A stretch of 51,080 bases of DNA, filler included, from Trypethelium eluteriae (taxonomy: Eukaryota), in NCBI GenBank assembly GCA_051942245.1. It is 2 parts of 2 records of this genome, joined end to end, with 100 filler letters (N's around TTAATTAATTAA, not from the genome) between each part and the next. Parts side by side here need not be neighbours in the genome. Positions count along the whole stretch, not along the records: positions 1 to 25,495 come from JAVECL010000370.1; positions 25,596 to 51,080 come from JAVECL010000371.1. One strand, given 5' to 3'. This document shows, in pieces, positions 23,683-38,469 of the stretch. Numbering within the stretch: the first letter of the stretch is position 1; every line of letters begins with the position of its first letter. Below the pieces are notes generated by a model. The model saw only the letters and a list, made by a program, of their open reading frames with translations. It did no database searches and had not been told where the DNA came from. Position numbers and translations under genes: made by a program.

Positions 23683-25232
23683 TTAGTTGAAAGTGAAGTT
23701 CGTCGTTCCCCCTGTTGTTTGCATGCCTGATATGACATTATGTCCTGATATCGGTCCACTAAAAACGATGCCGTCGGTCCGTCCCTGCGCTCTAGCAGAT
23801 GAGTGATGCTCCAATTCTGGACCTGCTGCAGCTTTTGACGGGGCTTCCATCTGGGTTGGGTGGGTCAATTTCATTTCTTGGGTGTTTCCATTAAGCAGGT
23901 CAATTCGTACGAAGCGTTGAAGCACTCCACAGATGGCAAGATAGCGCGGATCCGTTTTACCACTGCATCTCGCCATCTGCATATGGTTTGCATCAATAGT
24001 CTCGACCGTCTCGATCGATAATGGCAGGTCAAGTTTTGAGGAGAAGGGATCGACTACCTGCTCTCGTTATTCCATTTTTATGTCAGTGACATCGAAGATT
24101 GAAACCAAAGACATAAGCGCCATCAATCTTGGCAAAAACTTTGACTCTCACAGGTATTGAGGGCATCAGTAAGATGCGTACCAAGGTCGAGCAAAGAGCT
24201 CCTTAGCCAGAGCTCGTCACTTCCGTCTTGGCGTAACCTGCCGTTACTTCTTGTTGCACCCATGGGTGATGGTAGAATGGAAACTGGCAAACGACATGAA
24301 CTCACCTTTCTGTCGAGTCCCTTCATTCCAGAGACACCCTGCGCCTCTTGGAAAGAATGGATCTTGATCCTGAGCTCTTGAACAATGCCAGTAAACTCTT
24401 CGTGGATATTGTCTAGCACCTCGCTATTGACAGCTAGGGTTTGGACGATATCCTTGTTCGATTCTTGCAATGCCATGCCAGCTATGTTTGGTGCTATCTC
24501 ACCCCACCCCACACTTCCACTTCCGCGATGCGGTGTCCCGAGGAAGACGATGAGCTTAGTCTGCATACGGCAAAGTTTAGACCGGCGCAAGGCCTAGAAG
24601 GCAGAATTAGTAGGAGGCAGAGTAAATACTGAGCCGTAGACCAATTACATCCTTCACAACGATTCCGCCAAGACTGTGAGCAACAAAGAATATGGGATCC
24701 TGTATCGTGTTAGTGTTTTCACTGGTTTCAATGAGCCCAAAAATTCCGATACCTTGTTCACAATCTCTCTCTCAACGCGAACAGCAAGATCTCGCCCGTG
24801 CTGAGACACACTATTCTTATTGTTTGCCTGGAAAAGTCCATTAATCACATCAGCATTGTAGCCATATGTCCAGATCCTCGCTTGAGGCATATCTTCTGGG
24901 AGTAATTCTTCCGGCCAGAATAGCTTTGCTGACAGGGAATTTCCATCTTGACCCCTTTGTTGTGTTGATTGACTTGGTCGATTGTGCTTGAAGAGCGACT
25001 TGAAAATGTTTGGTGCGCTTGACTGGCCGCTTTTTGGCTTCATAGGGCTCCCTTCCCATGTTTCTCTGGGGTGTCCTCTTAGACCATGCACGAATATAAT
25101 ACTTACAGGGTCAGTTTGGGTAACTTTCAGAAATGATATAGACGTTACATACTTGAGACGGTAATCATTGTTTGCACCACCACCACTGTCACCACTTAGC
25201 TTCGTGAAGCCATCCCGACGTATCTCAGCCAT
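23683..25232 (-). CDS. SesB-like / PGAP1-like alpha/beta hydrolase lacking a NACHT domain, with a short C-terminal Gly/Asn/hydrophobic motif
   Basis: Spliced reading IIFVHGLRGHPRETW...FWPEELLP..MPQARIWTYGYNA...|DPIFFVAHSLGGIVVKD|AL...IVFLGTPHRGS...IHSFQE...|VVDPFSS...IDANHMQMARC. Ser, Asp and His triad candidates are present; four GT-AG introns. Confidence 0.85.
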
Positions 25233-25409
25233 GGACAGGATTTTGTGATAGAGTAGTCACACAGGCGATGGCCGTATTTTCGTCACAATGTCAAGGTGTA
25301 GCTGATGATGTTCATGATGTTCTTCATGAAGTTGATCCAATCAACCTAGCGTAGCGCGTAATCTCGCTATGCTCTACACGAGGGTCAATGCGCGAGATTC
25401 TCGAACCTA

Positions 25410-25495
25410 CTACGTAGGTCCTCATTTTACTAGTTAATTAGGTTTTTTTACTGTCCTCATTTTCGATGAGGTTTATATAGAGCCCTTATCTCAGG
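25410..25495. repeat. Possible transposon terminus at the contig end
   Basis: TACGT start, duplicated GTCCTCATTTT and AT-rich composition immediately before the gap. Confidence 0.3.
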
Positions 25496-25595
25496 NNNNN
25501 NNNNNNNNNNNNNNNNNNNNNNNNNNNNNNNNNNNNNNNTTAATTAATTAANNNNNNNNNNNNNNNNNNNNNNNNNNNNNNNNNNNNNNNNNNNN
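25496..25595. other. Assembly gap with artificial six-frame-stop linker
   Basis: 44 N + TTAATTAATTAA + 44 N = exactly 100 nt. Confidence 0.95.
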
Positions 25596-28500
25596 GTCCA
25601 AATCCATCGCCGTCGTATCCACCACCGCCGCCGCAGTCGCAGCATCGATCCCCAACCCATCCGCCGCCACCGCCGCATTCAGCTCATCGAGCGCCTGATG
25701 ATTCGGCACGATCGCCGCGCCCGCTGCTGCCGCCGCGCCATCCACCGCCTCCGACAGCTCCACCGCCTGCATGATGTCCTGGGCGCCGAGATCAGTGGGG
25801 AGCACGCCCTGGGCCTGCGCCTGCGCCTGCGCCTGCGCCTGAGCCTGCTGCTGCAGCGCCGCCGCCGCCGCCTCCGCCATGATGGCCTCGACGCGGCGGT
25901 GGAGGCGGACGATCGTCTCGGCGAGGGCCGGGTCGGTGCTGAGCTTTCGGGGGGTGTCGTAGATTTCTGCTTTGAGGCGGTCGCGTAGGCTGGGCTGGCG
26001 GCTGGTGCTGGGGCTGTCGGTGAGGGGGGATCGGATGCGGCCCTGTTGCGGGAGCATCAGGTCGGCGGTGGTGAGGGGGTCGGAGGCGTCGTCAGAGGTG
26101 GGGGCGCAGATGAGCTCGGCGGCGAGGTCGAGGGCGAGGGGGCCGTGGCCTTGGGTGGTTTGCTGCTTGACTTCGTCGAGGAGGATGTGGAGGGTGGGGT
26201 TGGCGCCGATCACCTTGATGGCGCAGAGGATTTGGCGGCTGGTGTAGTTCGGAGCGGGGACGATCATGTCGAGTTGCGTGCCCCATGAGATCAGGGATTG
26301 GAATGTGTTGCGAATGCTCTGCCGGAATCCACCGCTTGGCGTGCGGCTCCAGACTTGGAGTTCCCCGACGGTACTGTTGGCGGTTCGCTTGTATTTTGCA
26401 TGTGCCTTGACGTCTTCGAGCAGAGGCTCAATATTGTGTCTGCTAGGCTCCTTAGACTGTAAGTCCCGAAGTGGTTTCTCCAATAGACCGGAGACCATTG
26501 AAAGAATAGCACCGTGCATCCCTTGAGCGTCGCCTGATATCGATGTTGGCCGGATTAGTTTGTGCATAATCGGGATCAGGACTGCTTTGTTCGTTCCTGG
26601 ACGGGCGATCTCGTACGCAAGCCATCTCAGCGCGATGCATAGAGATGGAAGGAAACAAGGCTCGAGCAACATCTCCAGCCCCGTTTTGATGGTTTCGAGC
26701 CTGATCACTTCTAGACTACATGCCAAGACGCTCTGTTCGAAAAGAGTCGAGACAAGTAAATAAAAATCTTGTGGTCGGCAAGTAGACATGAGCTCTTCAG
26801 TAATGCTTTCAGTCTCATATAGTCCTCGAATCCAGTTACCCAAGCGCTTGCTGTCGTCTTCAGAGAGTTCATGCCTATGTTTGCTCTGCAGGCCTTTGTC
26901 AAGAAGTTGTGAGATGAACGACTGGTCGTTACCAGCTCCGAGATCCACCTTCGACAAATCGTATCGATGAACCATCGCTAGTACTAGAAGTAGCATGCCG
27001 GCAAAGTCCTCGTAGACCGGCTGGTGTTCACCCTGGTCTTCCTCGTACTTCCACTCGTTGAGTATTTGACAAAGAGGTTGGAGGATGCTGGCAGCTGTCG
27101 CATATTGTAAGACAACATCAATGGCTTGAGGTTTTCGAGCCAGAGAAGAACAGACAATCTTTAAGGACATTGTGTCCTTCGTGGCGCACATATTGCGAAT
27201 AACCTCAGTCACTGCGCCTGCGACAGCCCCGGCATTGCCATCCATATTCTCTAGCTCGTTCATGAGTTCCTCAAGTCGCTGGGGATTGTTTTGACACTGG
27301 ACGACTAGATTGTCTTTGAAATATCTGCCGTCAGCAGGCAATCCAGACATCGGTACCTCTCCGTAAATGCGAGGAATGCTTTCCTCGAGGATTAACCCAT
27401 GCAAGGCACATGCAAGCAAAAAGTCTTGACGTGCATCTCCAACGATGTTATCGCTTCCAAGCATGTTGTTGAAAGACGACGCGAATGAAGGGAAAACGTT
27501 CAGATCCACGAACTTGAGAGCTTGCTCAATGCAGAACTCTGGCGTCAAGGGCATGTAGAACGAGGACGAGAGCATCGATAGCAAATGAGGTACCTTGTTG
27601 ACCAAGAATGTCTTCAAGGAGAACAAAGAATCACGGGATTCTTTTCGAGCCAAGGCGTTCGCTAGTACATCAAAGGATACAACAATGAGGTCCACTGTTA
27701 ACGATTGCATGTCACCTTTATACCGAGTATGCAAATGGCTCAGGATCGATGAATCCTCGGTGAACGGCCTGCCAACCAATAGAGCATTAATGTATACATA
27801 GAGCCCGACTCTCGAACAGGTTGAATCGATGGGCGGAAGGTCCATCACCGTATCCAGGCGCAAGCGTTCGATCTCAAGGGCCTCGGTCGAATTCGCTGCA
27901 TTTGCGGCGGCTTCATGGTCGATAAAATCGTGCTGTTTCTGGAGCGTCTCAAGTCGGCTGGCGATATGTTCGGATGATTGGGAAGCCACAGGTAAAAAGG
28001 AGGATAATGCTTTGATGAATTCCTGGCGGACTTCTGGGGGTATGCTCGTCTTTATGACCTTCACATACTTTGCGTTCTCCAACATACTAAGTACTACCCT
28101 GCTGAGAGACTCCCGCACTCGGTCAAAGAGAATGTGGTTTCTCTGTGTAGTAAGATCCATGTCAGGCGTAATTGTATCGGTAAGGTTGTAAGAGATGGCA
28201 CCGTTAAGCCACCTGTTAATTGCAGTGATGGTCCTTCGAGCTTCCACACCCGATCGTGGCCTAGGGCTGTACGCTATCCGTACTGCTACCTGGTCTAACA
28301 TAATATCATCCAGAACCAGGCACCAATGTCTCCGGCCTTTAACAAGGCTCTTGGTCGAGGCATTTTGATCTCTTCTTCTCAGTCTGGATCCATAGAACGA
28401 GGCGGCCAGCACGTCTGGAATTGAGATCGCATTCGTGTCCAAGAGCATACAAATATATGGGTGAAGTAATGGAAGTGGCCGTTCCGTGAGGAAAGTAGAT

Positions 28501-28682
28501 GGATCCAAAATCGTGTGAGCAATGCGAATCCCTGGCAAAGGCGCTCGTTTGCGCATCTGTTGCGAGAATTCTCTGAACTGCTCTGGGTCGACAGACTTAT
28601 TGAGTGACTGTTTTACAAAGTGGCTCCATTGCGTCTGATAAGACACCATCTCCGCTCGACGGAGCAGCTTTGCGTTGTCCAT
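25596..28682 (-). CDS. MED5: Mediator complex subunit 5 (Nut1), 3' end lost in the gap
   Basis: >1000-aa ORF with SRVGLYVYINALLVGRP, LFSLKTFLVNKVP, DARQDFLLACALHGL, EHQPVYEDFAGMLLLVLA and LMSTCRPQDFYLLV motifs typical of fungal Med5; low-complexity (QA)n/Ala tail. Confidence 0.88.
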
Positions 28683-29203
28683 CAGATGGCCGATTAGGTT
28701 GTTACCGTAAAGTGAGAGAAGTGAGAGAAGTTAGAATGACAAGCAAGCTTAGTACTTATTGTACCCAAAGATCGGAATGCTTAAATTGAAAAATGTAAGA
28801 TGTAAAGAAGTTAGTGGGGTCGGACATTGATACAGGGGACATGGCTATTGTCGAAAGTCTATTGTTGTTCATCACGTTCTCGTGTTTCAGCCCTAGCCGG
28901 AGAAGCCTTTCCCAGCCTCCCCCTCGAGGCCAAACCGGAATGGGTTCATCGGAGCAAGGGATCTGCATCAACATCGAAATACTCCGTACGAGCTTAATAC
29001 TGGGGAAAAAAATTAATTTGACAATGCCATTGGATAAAGCCGCTGTCAAAGCGGGCACTCGAATGAAATTTTGTTAAGCAGCGACCACTCCAAACGGGCT
29101 GCAGCAGCCATTACATATGCTTTATAGTCCATGGTTGTATGCATCCGGGCCCAGACGCCTCCGCTAACAGCAAGATGTGGTGAAATGGTAGAGAAGAAAC
29201 GGT

Positions 29204-29914
29204 TCACGTTCCGGAAGCGCCCCCTTCCATCGCCTCTGGAGCTCGTGGACCAACCATCCAGTCTTCCATAGCCAGCCATGCACTCCAAGCCTTCTCCGCA
29301 CCTTCAATCTCAACCAGCTGGACGTTCTGAAGCGGTCTGAGGAAAGGTACACTCTCCTCCGAAGACATGTCGTATTCTTGCTTGACACTCTTCCAGCCGC
29401 CACTCTTGGCCGCGAAGAGGTAATTGCGCCTTTCCACGTCCTGGATTGGGCCGATACCTTGCTTGTAGTCGTCGCCAAAACAGCCGTGTAATATGGGCTC
29501 TTTATCGAACCCCGTCACGACGAGGCGGCGCACGAATGGGACGAGGGAAACAAAGACGGCAGGAATTGTGGGTGGGGTCGATCGCACGCCGTGTTGAGAA
29601 TACTGAGGGGCAGGTGCAGGCGTGTAGGGAGTTACTTGAGAGCCGTTGATGGGCGGTGTCCACTGGAAGGGTAGCTTGATATTGACTAGAGCCGCTACGG
29701 CTTGTACACCGCCATCAAACTGGGCGTGATCGAGAAAATAACGTTGACAGCTTTGATATGCGGGATGCCATTCGAATATGTCGAATTGGGGATCGCTCGC
29801 CATGGACGTGGCAGAGGCAGCGGGGCCCTCGCCAGCACCCTCGAGGATGGTGGAGTCTGCAGGAGCGTCTCCTTGCGGAGGCGTGCGGCCATGAAGGAAG
29901 TCAGATAACGACAT
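29204..29914 (-). CDS. Conserved fungal hypothetical protein
   Basis: FDIFEWHPAYQSCQRYFLDHAQ, VRRLVVTGFD, FGDDYKQGIGP and ERRNYLFAAKS blocks resemble a widespread Pezizomycotina uncharacterised family; ATG placed at MSLSDFLHG. Confidence 0.75.
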   Translation of the reverse strand: MSLSDFLHGRTPPQGDAPADSTILEGAGEGPAASATSMASDPQFDIFEWHPAYQSCQRYFLDHAQFDGGVQAVAALVNIKLPFQWTPPINGSQVTPYTPAPAPQYSQHGVRSTPPTIPAVFVSLVPFVRRLVVTGFDKEPILHGCFGDDYKQGIGPIQDVERRNYLFAAKSGGWKSVKQEYDMSSEESVPFLRPLQNVQLVEIEGAEKAWSAWLAMEDWMVGPRAPEAMEGGASGT

Positions 29915-31361
29915 GGTCGGAGGCGGTGGTAGGGAGGGGGGATGAGGTGGTGATGGTGGAGAGGAGTCCCAGCTCACCTGAACTATTTAGACGCGAGTGT
30001 GACGATAACACTGCTCGATTGGGCTAAAGGTTCCAGCTAAAGATTCCCAGCATTGAAAGACTGATCCACGAGGTCTGGTCTGGTCGAGAAGCCGGAGGAG
30101 AGGCGTTTCATATACTTTATTGATGGGCTCCGGACAGTGGCTTCCGCGCTCGTCTGGTGCATCGCTGCTGGCGGCAATAGAGGCGGGTCCGTAGCCATGA
30201 TGAGTGCATCAGGTTATTGAATGTGGACAGTCGGGGTCATGGTTGCCATTCAAGTCGCATAGCAAATACCTGCTCCTCCTGCCGCGCCATCGCGGGCTCA
30301 CCCAGGCTACTCGGCAAACTTTCGCGACACCACAACATACGCCAATCACATCTAGCCCTGTTCTGATGCTTCTTTCCCTCCTTTTCGCCCGCCATCCTGC
30401 AAGCCTGCTGGTTGGCCCTACGTCGAACGCCGCTCCGTCTGTTCAGCTACCCTAGGCTACCTGTATACTGAAAACGCCATCAAAACCATGCACCCCGGTC
30501 AGCCTCAGGACCGCCGGCAGCGCCCACGTTGGCCGAAGCCCCGTCATGCCCGTCTTGCCCTCGTGCTGATTAGCCACGCGACGAGTGAATCGGGAAAGAC
30601 AGCTCTAGGCGGTTTCTTGCCAGCTGCCCACGCCCTGAGCGCGGATAGGATTATTTTAAAGTTTCTTCAATGCAGTGTTGAATCATGATCCTCAGTGACA
30701 GTCCCTTCTCATCCTATGCGAGCCAGGGGAGGGAGGATTTTGGACCCTCTAAGTCCCCCGCTGCTGACTGCGTCGTCACGCTTCTTCCAAAAGCTCTTCT
30801 GCCCCGGCAAATCGAGACCAGTCTACCTGGACTGCAATTGTGAAGGTGTCCATGTCCCCCACAAGTTTCAGCATCCGTAAATTTTCGCCCGGCAAGGTCT
30901 AGAGCTGGCCATGTGCCTCGCGTTGACGTCTTCAACTCACAACCTGGTAGCGGATCGCTAGGACTTGTGCTGCAAGGTGAGGGTGGCGCTCCCGGTGACT
31001 CGGACCTGGTCTCACAGCATGATGCTGGAAATGGTGCTGGCCACCGGCATTCACTTCACCAACTTTGTCCTCCGACTGGGGATGGGCATCATCTAGCGTA
31101 TAGCTCACCTGCAGCGCCTTACCTACCTGCATTACCGTGCACGCCGTGGACCATCCTTCCGGGGAGCATACTTAATTTTAGTGTCCGACGTCATGAGCTT
31201 CCCATGCCCACCACGCCAGGGTCAACCACCAACGTGCTGTAGACGTGAATTTGAGCCTCGATACTCCGTACTTGTCAACAATCCACTTACCGCACTTGAC
31301 GCAGGATCTTTCTATCGTCAATTTTTGTACGTAAATTTTACCGTCTTGGTCCGCACGTGCC

Positions 31362-32536
31362 ATGGCCCTCCAAAGTTTTTCCTTGGCAACGAGAATTAAG
31401 GTATAGTTAGAAGAAGCAATGAATGCTACAAAGAGACCAGGCATGGGCTAAAGCCAATGCAGCTAGCCAATGGCCTCACCATGCCCCAGCTCCATCTCGG
31501 AGTCTACCTCATGAGTGGGAAAGAGGCAACACAGGCGGTGCAATGGGCTCTGGAGGTATTGCTTCCTTGGTCCCCGTTACCCATTCTCTAGTTGATGGAC
31601 TATTGCTGCAGGCTGGGTATCGAGGGTAGGACTACTTCCTTCGTAAATGCGAGTTCAAAAGCAACCATGACGATACCAGAAGATGCCAGACTCATCAATA
31701 TGCCAACAGGATTGACTCGGCGCAAATGTATCACAACGAAAATGAAGTGGGAAATGCTATAAAAAAATTTCTTGCGAGTAGTGCGAACACGGCCGAGCTG
31801 AAGCGCGAAGATATTCATTTTACGACGAAGCTAGCATCCAATGGCTCATATGATGCTGCCCGTCAATCGATTAAGAGCTCCCTCAAGCGAAGTGACCTCG
31901 GCTACATTGATCTCTTCCTTCTTCATAGTCCCTACGGTGGCAAGAAGGCTCGGCTGGAGAGCTGGAGAGCAGTCGAAGATGCCATTGCTGACGGAGAGAT
32001 CAGGCTGGGGGGTGTCAGCAATTTTGGTATCAAGCATGTATGCATGAATATTGGATGAGTGATTTGTCTGTGTTTCTAACAGACTGCAGCTTCAAGAATT
32101 GATGGAGTCAAAACCTCGTGTTGTGCCGGTGGTCAATCAGATTGAGGTACACCCCTTCAACATACGGCGGGAGCTAGCAGACTTCTGCCAGGCACATGAC
32201 ATCGTCGTGGAAGCGTACGCCCCACTGGCGAGAGCATTGCGGATGAAACATCCCAAGATTGTGGACCTATCAACAAAGTACTCCTGTACACCAGGGCAGC
32301 TGATGGTCAGATGGAGCCTTCAACATGGCTACGTCCCGCTGCCAAAATCTGTGAGACAGAACAGGATTGCCGAGAATGCTGAAATTGGAGGCTTTGAAAT
32401 CAGCCAGGAGGATATGCAGGCGATGGATGGACTAGACGAATACCTGGTCACAGGTGAGTTGTGGAGCATCACCTCCGGGTGACCTTCAGCTGGTGTTGAC
32501 TTGCATGCAGACTGGGACCCTGTTGACTGCCCGTGA
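31362..32536 (+). CDS. Aldo/keto reductase
   Basis: [66 protein letters not shown] and PLPKSV; ends DWDPVDCP*; multiple introns. Confidence 0.9.
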
Positions 32537-33428
32537 CCGGGTGGCAAGGCTTCGGGATGTTGACAGGCTCGGGGGTGGTGGGCGCTTTTTCGCGTGGCTG
32601 AAAGCTGAGTACCAGGGGGGAATCTCTTGGCTCGTCTGTTTATATAGACGTGCATCCAGGCAATCTCATTGACTGAGGCTCGTATCATAAATTTCCCATA
32701 TGCGCGCCGTTCAATTAGATCCAGCAGACAGGCCGCAATGCGGATTGATGCAGATCGAGATGCTCGAATACCGAATCCAGCACCCCAGGTACCTGACAGG
32801 CCCTGAGCCAGCGGGTGCATGGGGCGTGATGGGGTGCATGGGCAGATCGAGGAACCCCGCGGACAGTTTGTCGCCCTGTTCTCGTCGGCCAATCGCGACT
32901 GCCGATAAGAAGAGCTTTATCGTCCCTTATGACATAAAGTCTTGCAAAACCTCGAATTTACAGCGTCTTCCCCCAAACTCGCCCAAGGTGTAGTTGGACG
33001 GAATGATGCACGCCGCCGTGCTGGGGTCCACTTGGCTCTCATAAGCAACCAATTGAGGTCTGCAATACGACCCTTAACGCGGCATGACTTCTCACTAGAG
33101 AAGCTCTTGAAGAGCTCTAGAGAGGCCCTGATTCTAGGATAGCGTAAGCTCCTGAAAATTCAAGCCTCTGACACCCCTCTGACGCATGCATGCCGTTCTT
33201 CTTTCGTTGGCCGTGCAGAAATTATACTCAATCGTTTAGGTAAGGTAGACACAAGATAAGACTCATAGGGTCTACCAGGGAAGGTATTTAGAGCCCAGCT
33301 TGCCAATTTGCTTTGCTTCTTCCCACTCCACAAGTACAAAGGATTGACGCAAGCTCCATATACCTCTGGAACTCCTTATCTGCTTCTCATACTACTGAAA
33401 ATCTCGAGCTTTGCCTCGAATTACCCAA

Positions 33429-35146
<1,718 letters not shown>

Positions 35147-35648
35147 GTTGGTACATAATGAGTGTGAAGGAGATACATTTGATTGGTACTCCTCCTACGC
35201 CTTTGAATAGTGATTGGCCTCGTAGGTATCGCGAGTCGCTAGCGGTCAGTCTTTTTCCAGCGCATTCAGCACGTAGCATGCTATCATCAAAAATGCATAT
35301 TCCCTTAGGACTTTTGAATACATGGATGTCTCCGTCGTCAGGTCGCATCTCTGAAAGAACACATTGCTGTGCCAACAAGTACTATTTGCCCGGGACTTAT
35401 CCGCAGATATGCGAAATCTCTGAGCTCACGACCGAGTGGACCCGGAAAGGGAAAGAAGTAGGTCATGATGCATCTGATTACCGATGCTAAGTGCGGGGTA
35501 TGTGGTCGCTGTGTCTGGCAGGCTGGAGGTGATCAAGTTTAGTCTTTATGGAAGTTGCTATCGTGATCTTAACCTCGCCCGTACCAGACGTACGACTTTT
35601 AGTAGACGGCTTATATTAGGACAATTTCTGGCAATACCACACATCAGT

Positions 35649-37080
35649 ATGCCCTACAATCTCGAAGGGAGAAATGTGCTTGTGACGGGAGGCTCGAGGT
35701 GCGTCTCCTGATTTCCTTAGACAACTCGAGGTCTTTTATTGTCTTTCTTGGACTGGTGACTCTCCAATGTCGATGACTGGTGGGAGATAACTCTACGCGT
35801 TGTGGGTTACCTAAAACACCTGAGCCCCACACACTCTCCCTCTCCCTCTAATAACCGGGGTCAAGAGGAGGAATTGATCAATGACACCGAAAACATTTTC
35901 GGATCTAGAGAAGGAGCCGTCGTTGAACTTTCGTGACTGTTGCTGATTACATTTGAAGAGGACTTGGCGCGCTTGTCTGCAAAAAGTTTGCAGCAGAGGG
36001 TTGCAGCGTTGCCATCAATTTTGCTAATCGAGAGCAACCGGCAACTGAGCTTTCTGATCATCTGCAAAAAGAATATGGTGTCAAGACAGCAGTCATCCAT
36101 GCCGTAAGTGGAGATGAAAACTTTGTCACAGTCAATGCAGGACGCTTGCCTCCTAAGACAAGCCGTGTAGCTGTTGCTAAACTGAAGCGGCATGGCAGGA
36201 CGTCGGTGTAACTGCAGACTGTGTGAAATGCGTTCAACAGACAATCGAAGCTCTTGGAGGGATAGACATTATTGTTGGGAACGCGGTACGTCACGTACCC
36301 GAGCTTGGACCGGAGACCTGATGAGATCCTAGGGATGGACGAGATTTAGCAAATTCGACGACCTATACAGCATGGAAGAGCATGAATGGGACAAGGTAGG
36401 CAGATCCTGATCGAGAGGGTCAGCTAGACGCCCGAGCCCGCGTCGTTGACATTGAATTGCTGCTAGTGCTGGGCCGTCAATGTCAAAGGCCAAATGGCAC
36501 TTGTCCGCGAGGCTCTTCCAACGTTCAATGCCAATCCAGAAGGAGGCGTCTTTTTGATTACGTCCTCTGTTGCGGTTCGTCTCCTTCAAAACCAACAGGC
36601 ATTGTCCTCAGTGGACTGATAAATGGTAGGGCGTTGCGCAATCAGGCAGTTCCATGCCCTATAGCGTGACAAAAGCAGCGCAATTGCATCTGATGAAATG
36701 CCTAGCCTCTTCTCAAGGTCCTAAGGTCCGAGTGAATGCTGTGCTTCCAGGGCTATTGCTGACGGAATGGGTGCGATCTGCTCTATCAGCTTGAGGCTTT
36801 ACTAAAGTCTCCTAGGGTCTTCTGTACTCCGAGGAAGCAATCAAAAGTATGAAGGAACGAGCAGTGCTTAAGAAAGAGGTGAGAGTCCATCCAAATTTGA
36901 TGGGTTTACTGATCAGATTGCAGACCGATCTCGATGACTGCGCCAATACTTTCGTAATGCTTGCTAAGAATACTTCCATGACGGGAATGAAAATCCAAGT
37001 TGGTATGTATTGTCATTCTTTGACGAATCCCTTCGCCTCTGACAATTGCAGATGCTGGTCTTTTTCCCGGCTCGGCGTGA
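35649..37080 (+). CDS. Short-chain dehydrogenase/reductase (intron-rich)
   Basis: MPYNLEGRNVLVTGGSR|GLG; GIDIIVGNA; MPYSVTKAAQLHLMKCLA (YxxxK); VRVNAVLPGLLLTEW; SMTGMKIQV|DAG. Confidence 0.85.
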
Positions 37081-37196
37081 TCTTGCATGTCTAAGACGGC
37101 TGGCGCCGGGCGCATGAAGTGTTATCTAAGAGCCGACGACTAAGTGCTACTCGTGCTCTTTGGAAGGGGGAAGCGTGAGAAAGACAACGAGATCTT

Positions 37197-38469
37197 TCAG
37201 TCTTCTTCGATATTCTCGGTCTCATCTAGCGCCTTCATTATTTCGTCGACTTCTTTTGGGTCGCTCACACCCCAAACACCGCCCCCTTTGACCGCGCCTT
37301 TCATCCCAACTTCTTTTCCCACTAGATTTCTACCGACTTTGCCAGGTCCGATGCCTATCCATCTTCTGACTTTCCACTCCTGGTCCAAGTACCTGACCGA
37401 GTCCCACCACCGGACGGTCTCGACGCATTGTCTTGCAAGTAAATCCTTTAATTGCTGGTTTGATGCAAAAGGTCTTGCTGTGACGTTTGATACACAAGGC
37501 ATGATTCCAGGGAAGGTCACAATATCCTGATTTTTCGAGTTTGAGGGATTCGAGAGTGCTCTCCGCATGTAATCGGCGGCAGGCTTCATCAGAGGACTGT
37601 GAAAGGGACTATCTGCTTTGAGTCTCACCGCTCGCGGGTCATGGCCCCCAAACTGTCTGATGTGCGTCAGAAGTAGTTTGATCCTTTCTATGCTGCCGCT
37701 GAGAACGATCTGATTTTTCGAGTTGATATTCGCTATGAGGACTTGCTCCACTGGCGGTAAGTCTTCATTGGAATCTGACTTTGATCCTGCCGAAGAAGTG
37801 CCCAAAAACTCGTAGATGGCGTCAATGAGACTTTGCAGATGACCAGCTTCACACACCAATGCAACCATGCCCACCTCGCCACCATCCTGTTCGCAGGCTT
37901 CTTTGGAACAACGGGCCATGACTTGACCGCGCTTATGCACCATGCGTAGTGAGTCACTGTATCTCAAATTTCCAGCCGCCACCAGCGCAGCATATTCGCC
38001 AAGCGAATGACCCAACGTGACATCTACACGTTCCGTTGTCTTGAAGCCAAACTCTTGCTCTAGCACGCGTAGGATGATGATCGACGTTGCCATGATAGCC
38101 GGCTGCGAGTGTTCGGTGGCAGTGAGCCTGGCATGTGGGCCCTCTGCAATGATCTTTGAGAGAGGATATTGAAGGATGGAGTCGGTTTCTTCAAGGATGG
38201 GCTTCACAGTTCTGGGAAAATGGTCCAGCCATTCGTCAATCATGCCGACTCTCTGGACACCTTGCCCTGGGATTGCTGGTCAACGCTTCGTCGTGCCTCA
38301 CGGCTTATTCAGACAAACCTGGAAAGAACAAAGCCGTTTGTGGCCGATGTGTTGATGTTGAACCGGCCCATCTTCGATGCTTCAGGAAGGATTTCCAAGT
38401 CGCTGCGGCACGACATCTGCAGCCTCTTGCCAGAGCTAATGGCGGCACATTGACCTGAACAGCCGTCAT
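37197..38469 (-). CDS. MCT1: Mitochondrial malonyl-CoA:ACP transacylase (FabD-like)
   Basis: Arg-rich presequence, [55 protein letters not shown] and ETVRWWDS. Confidence 0.88.

Noticed and set aside
25540..25551. TTAATTAATTAA palindrome as a biological element or the Med5 stop
   Set aside because: Assembly linker centred in Ns; the ORF-track stop for Med5 is artificial.
25812..25875. (GCCTGC)n tandem repeat
   Set aside because: Coding microsatellite for the QA/Ala tract of Med5; not an array or mobile element.
37197..38469. Malonyl transacylase as a trans-AT for the PKS
   Set aside because: It has a mitochondrial presequence (housekeeping mtFAS), the PKS has its own AT, and it lies across the artificial gap.
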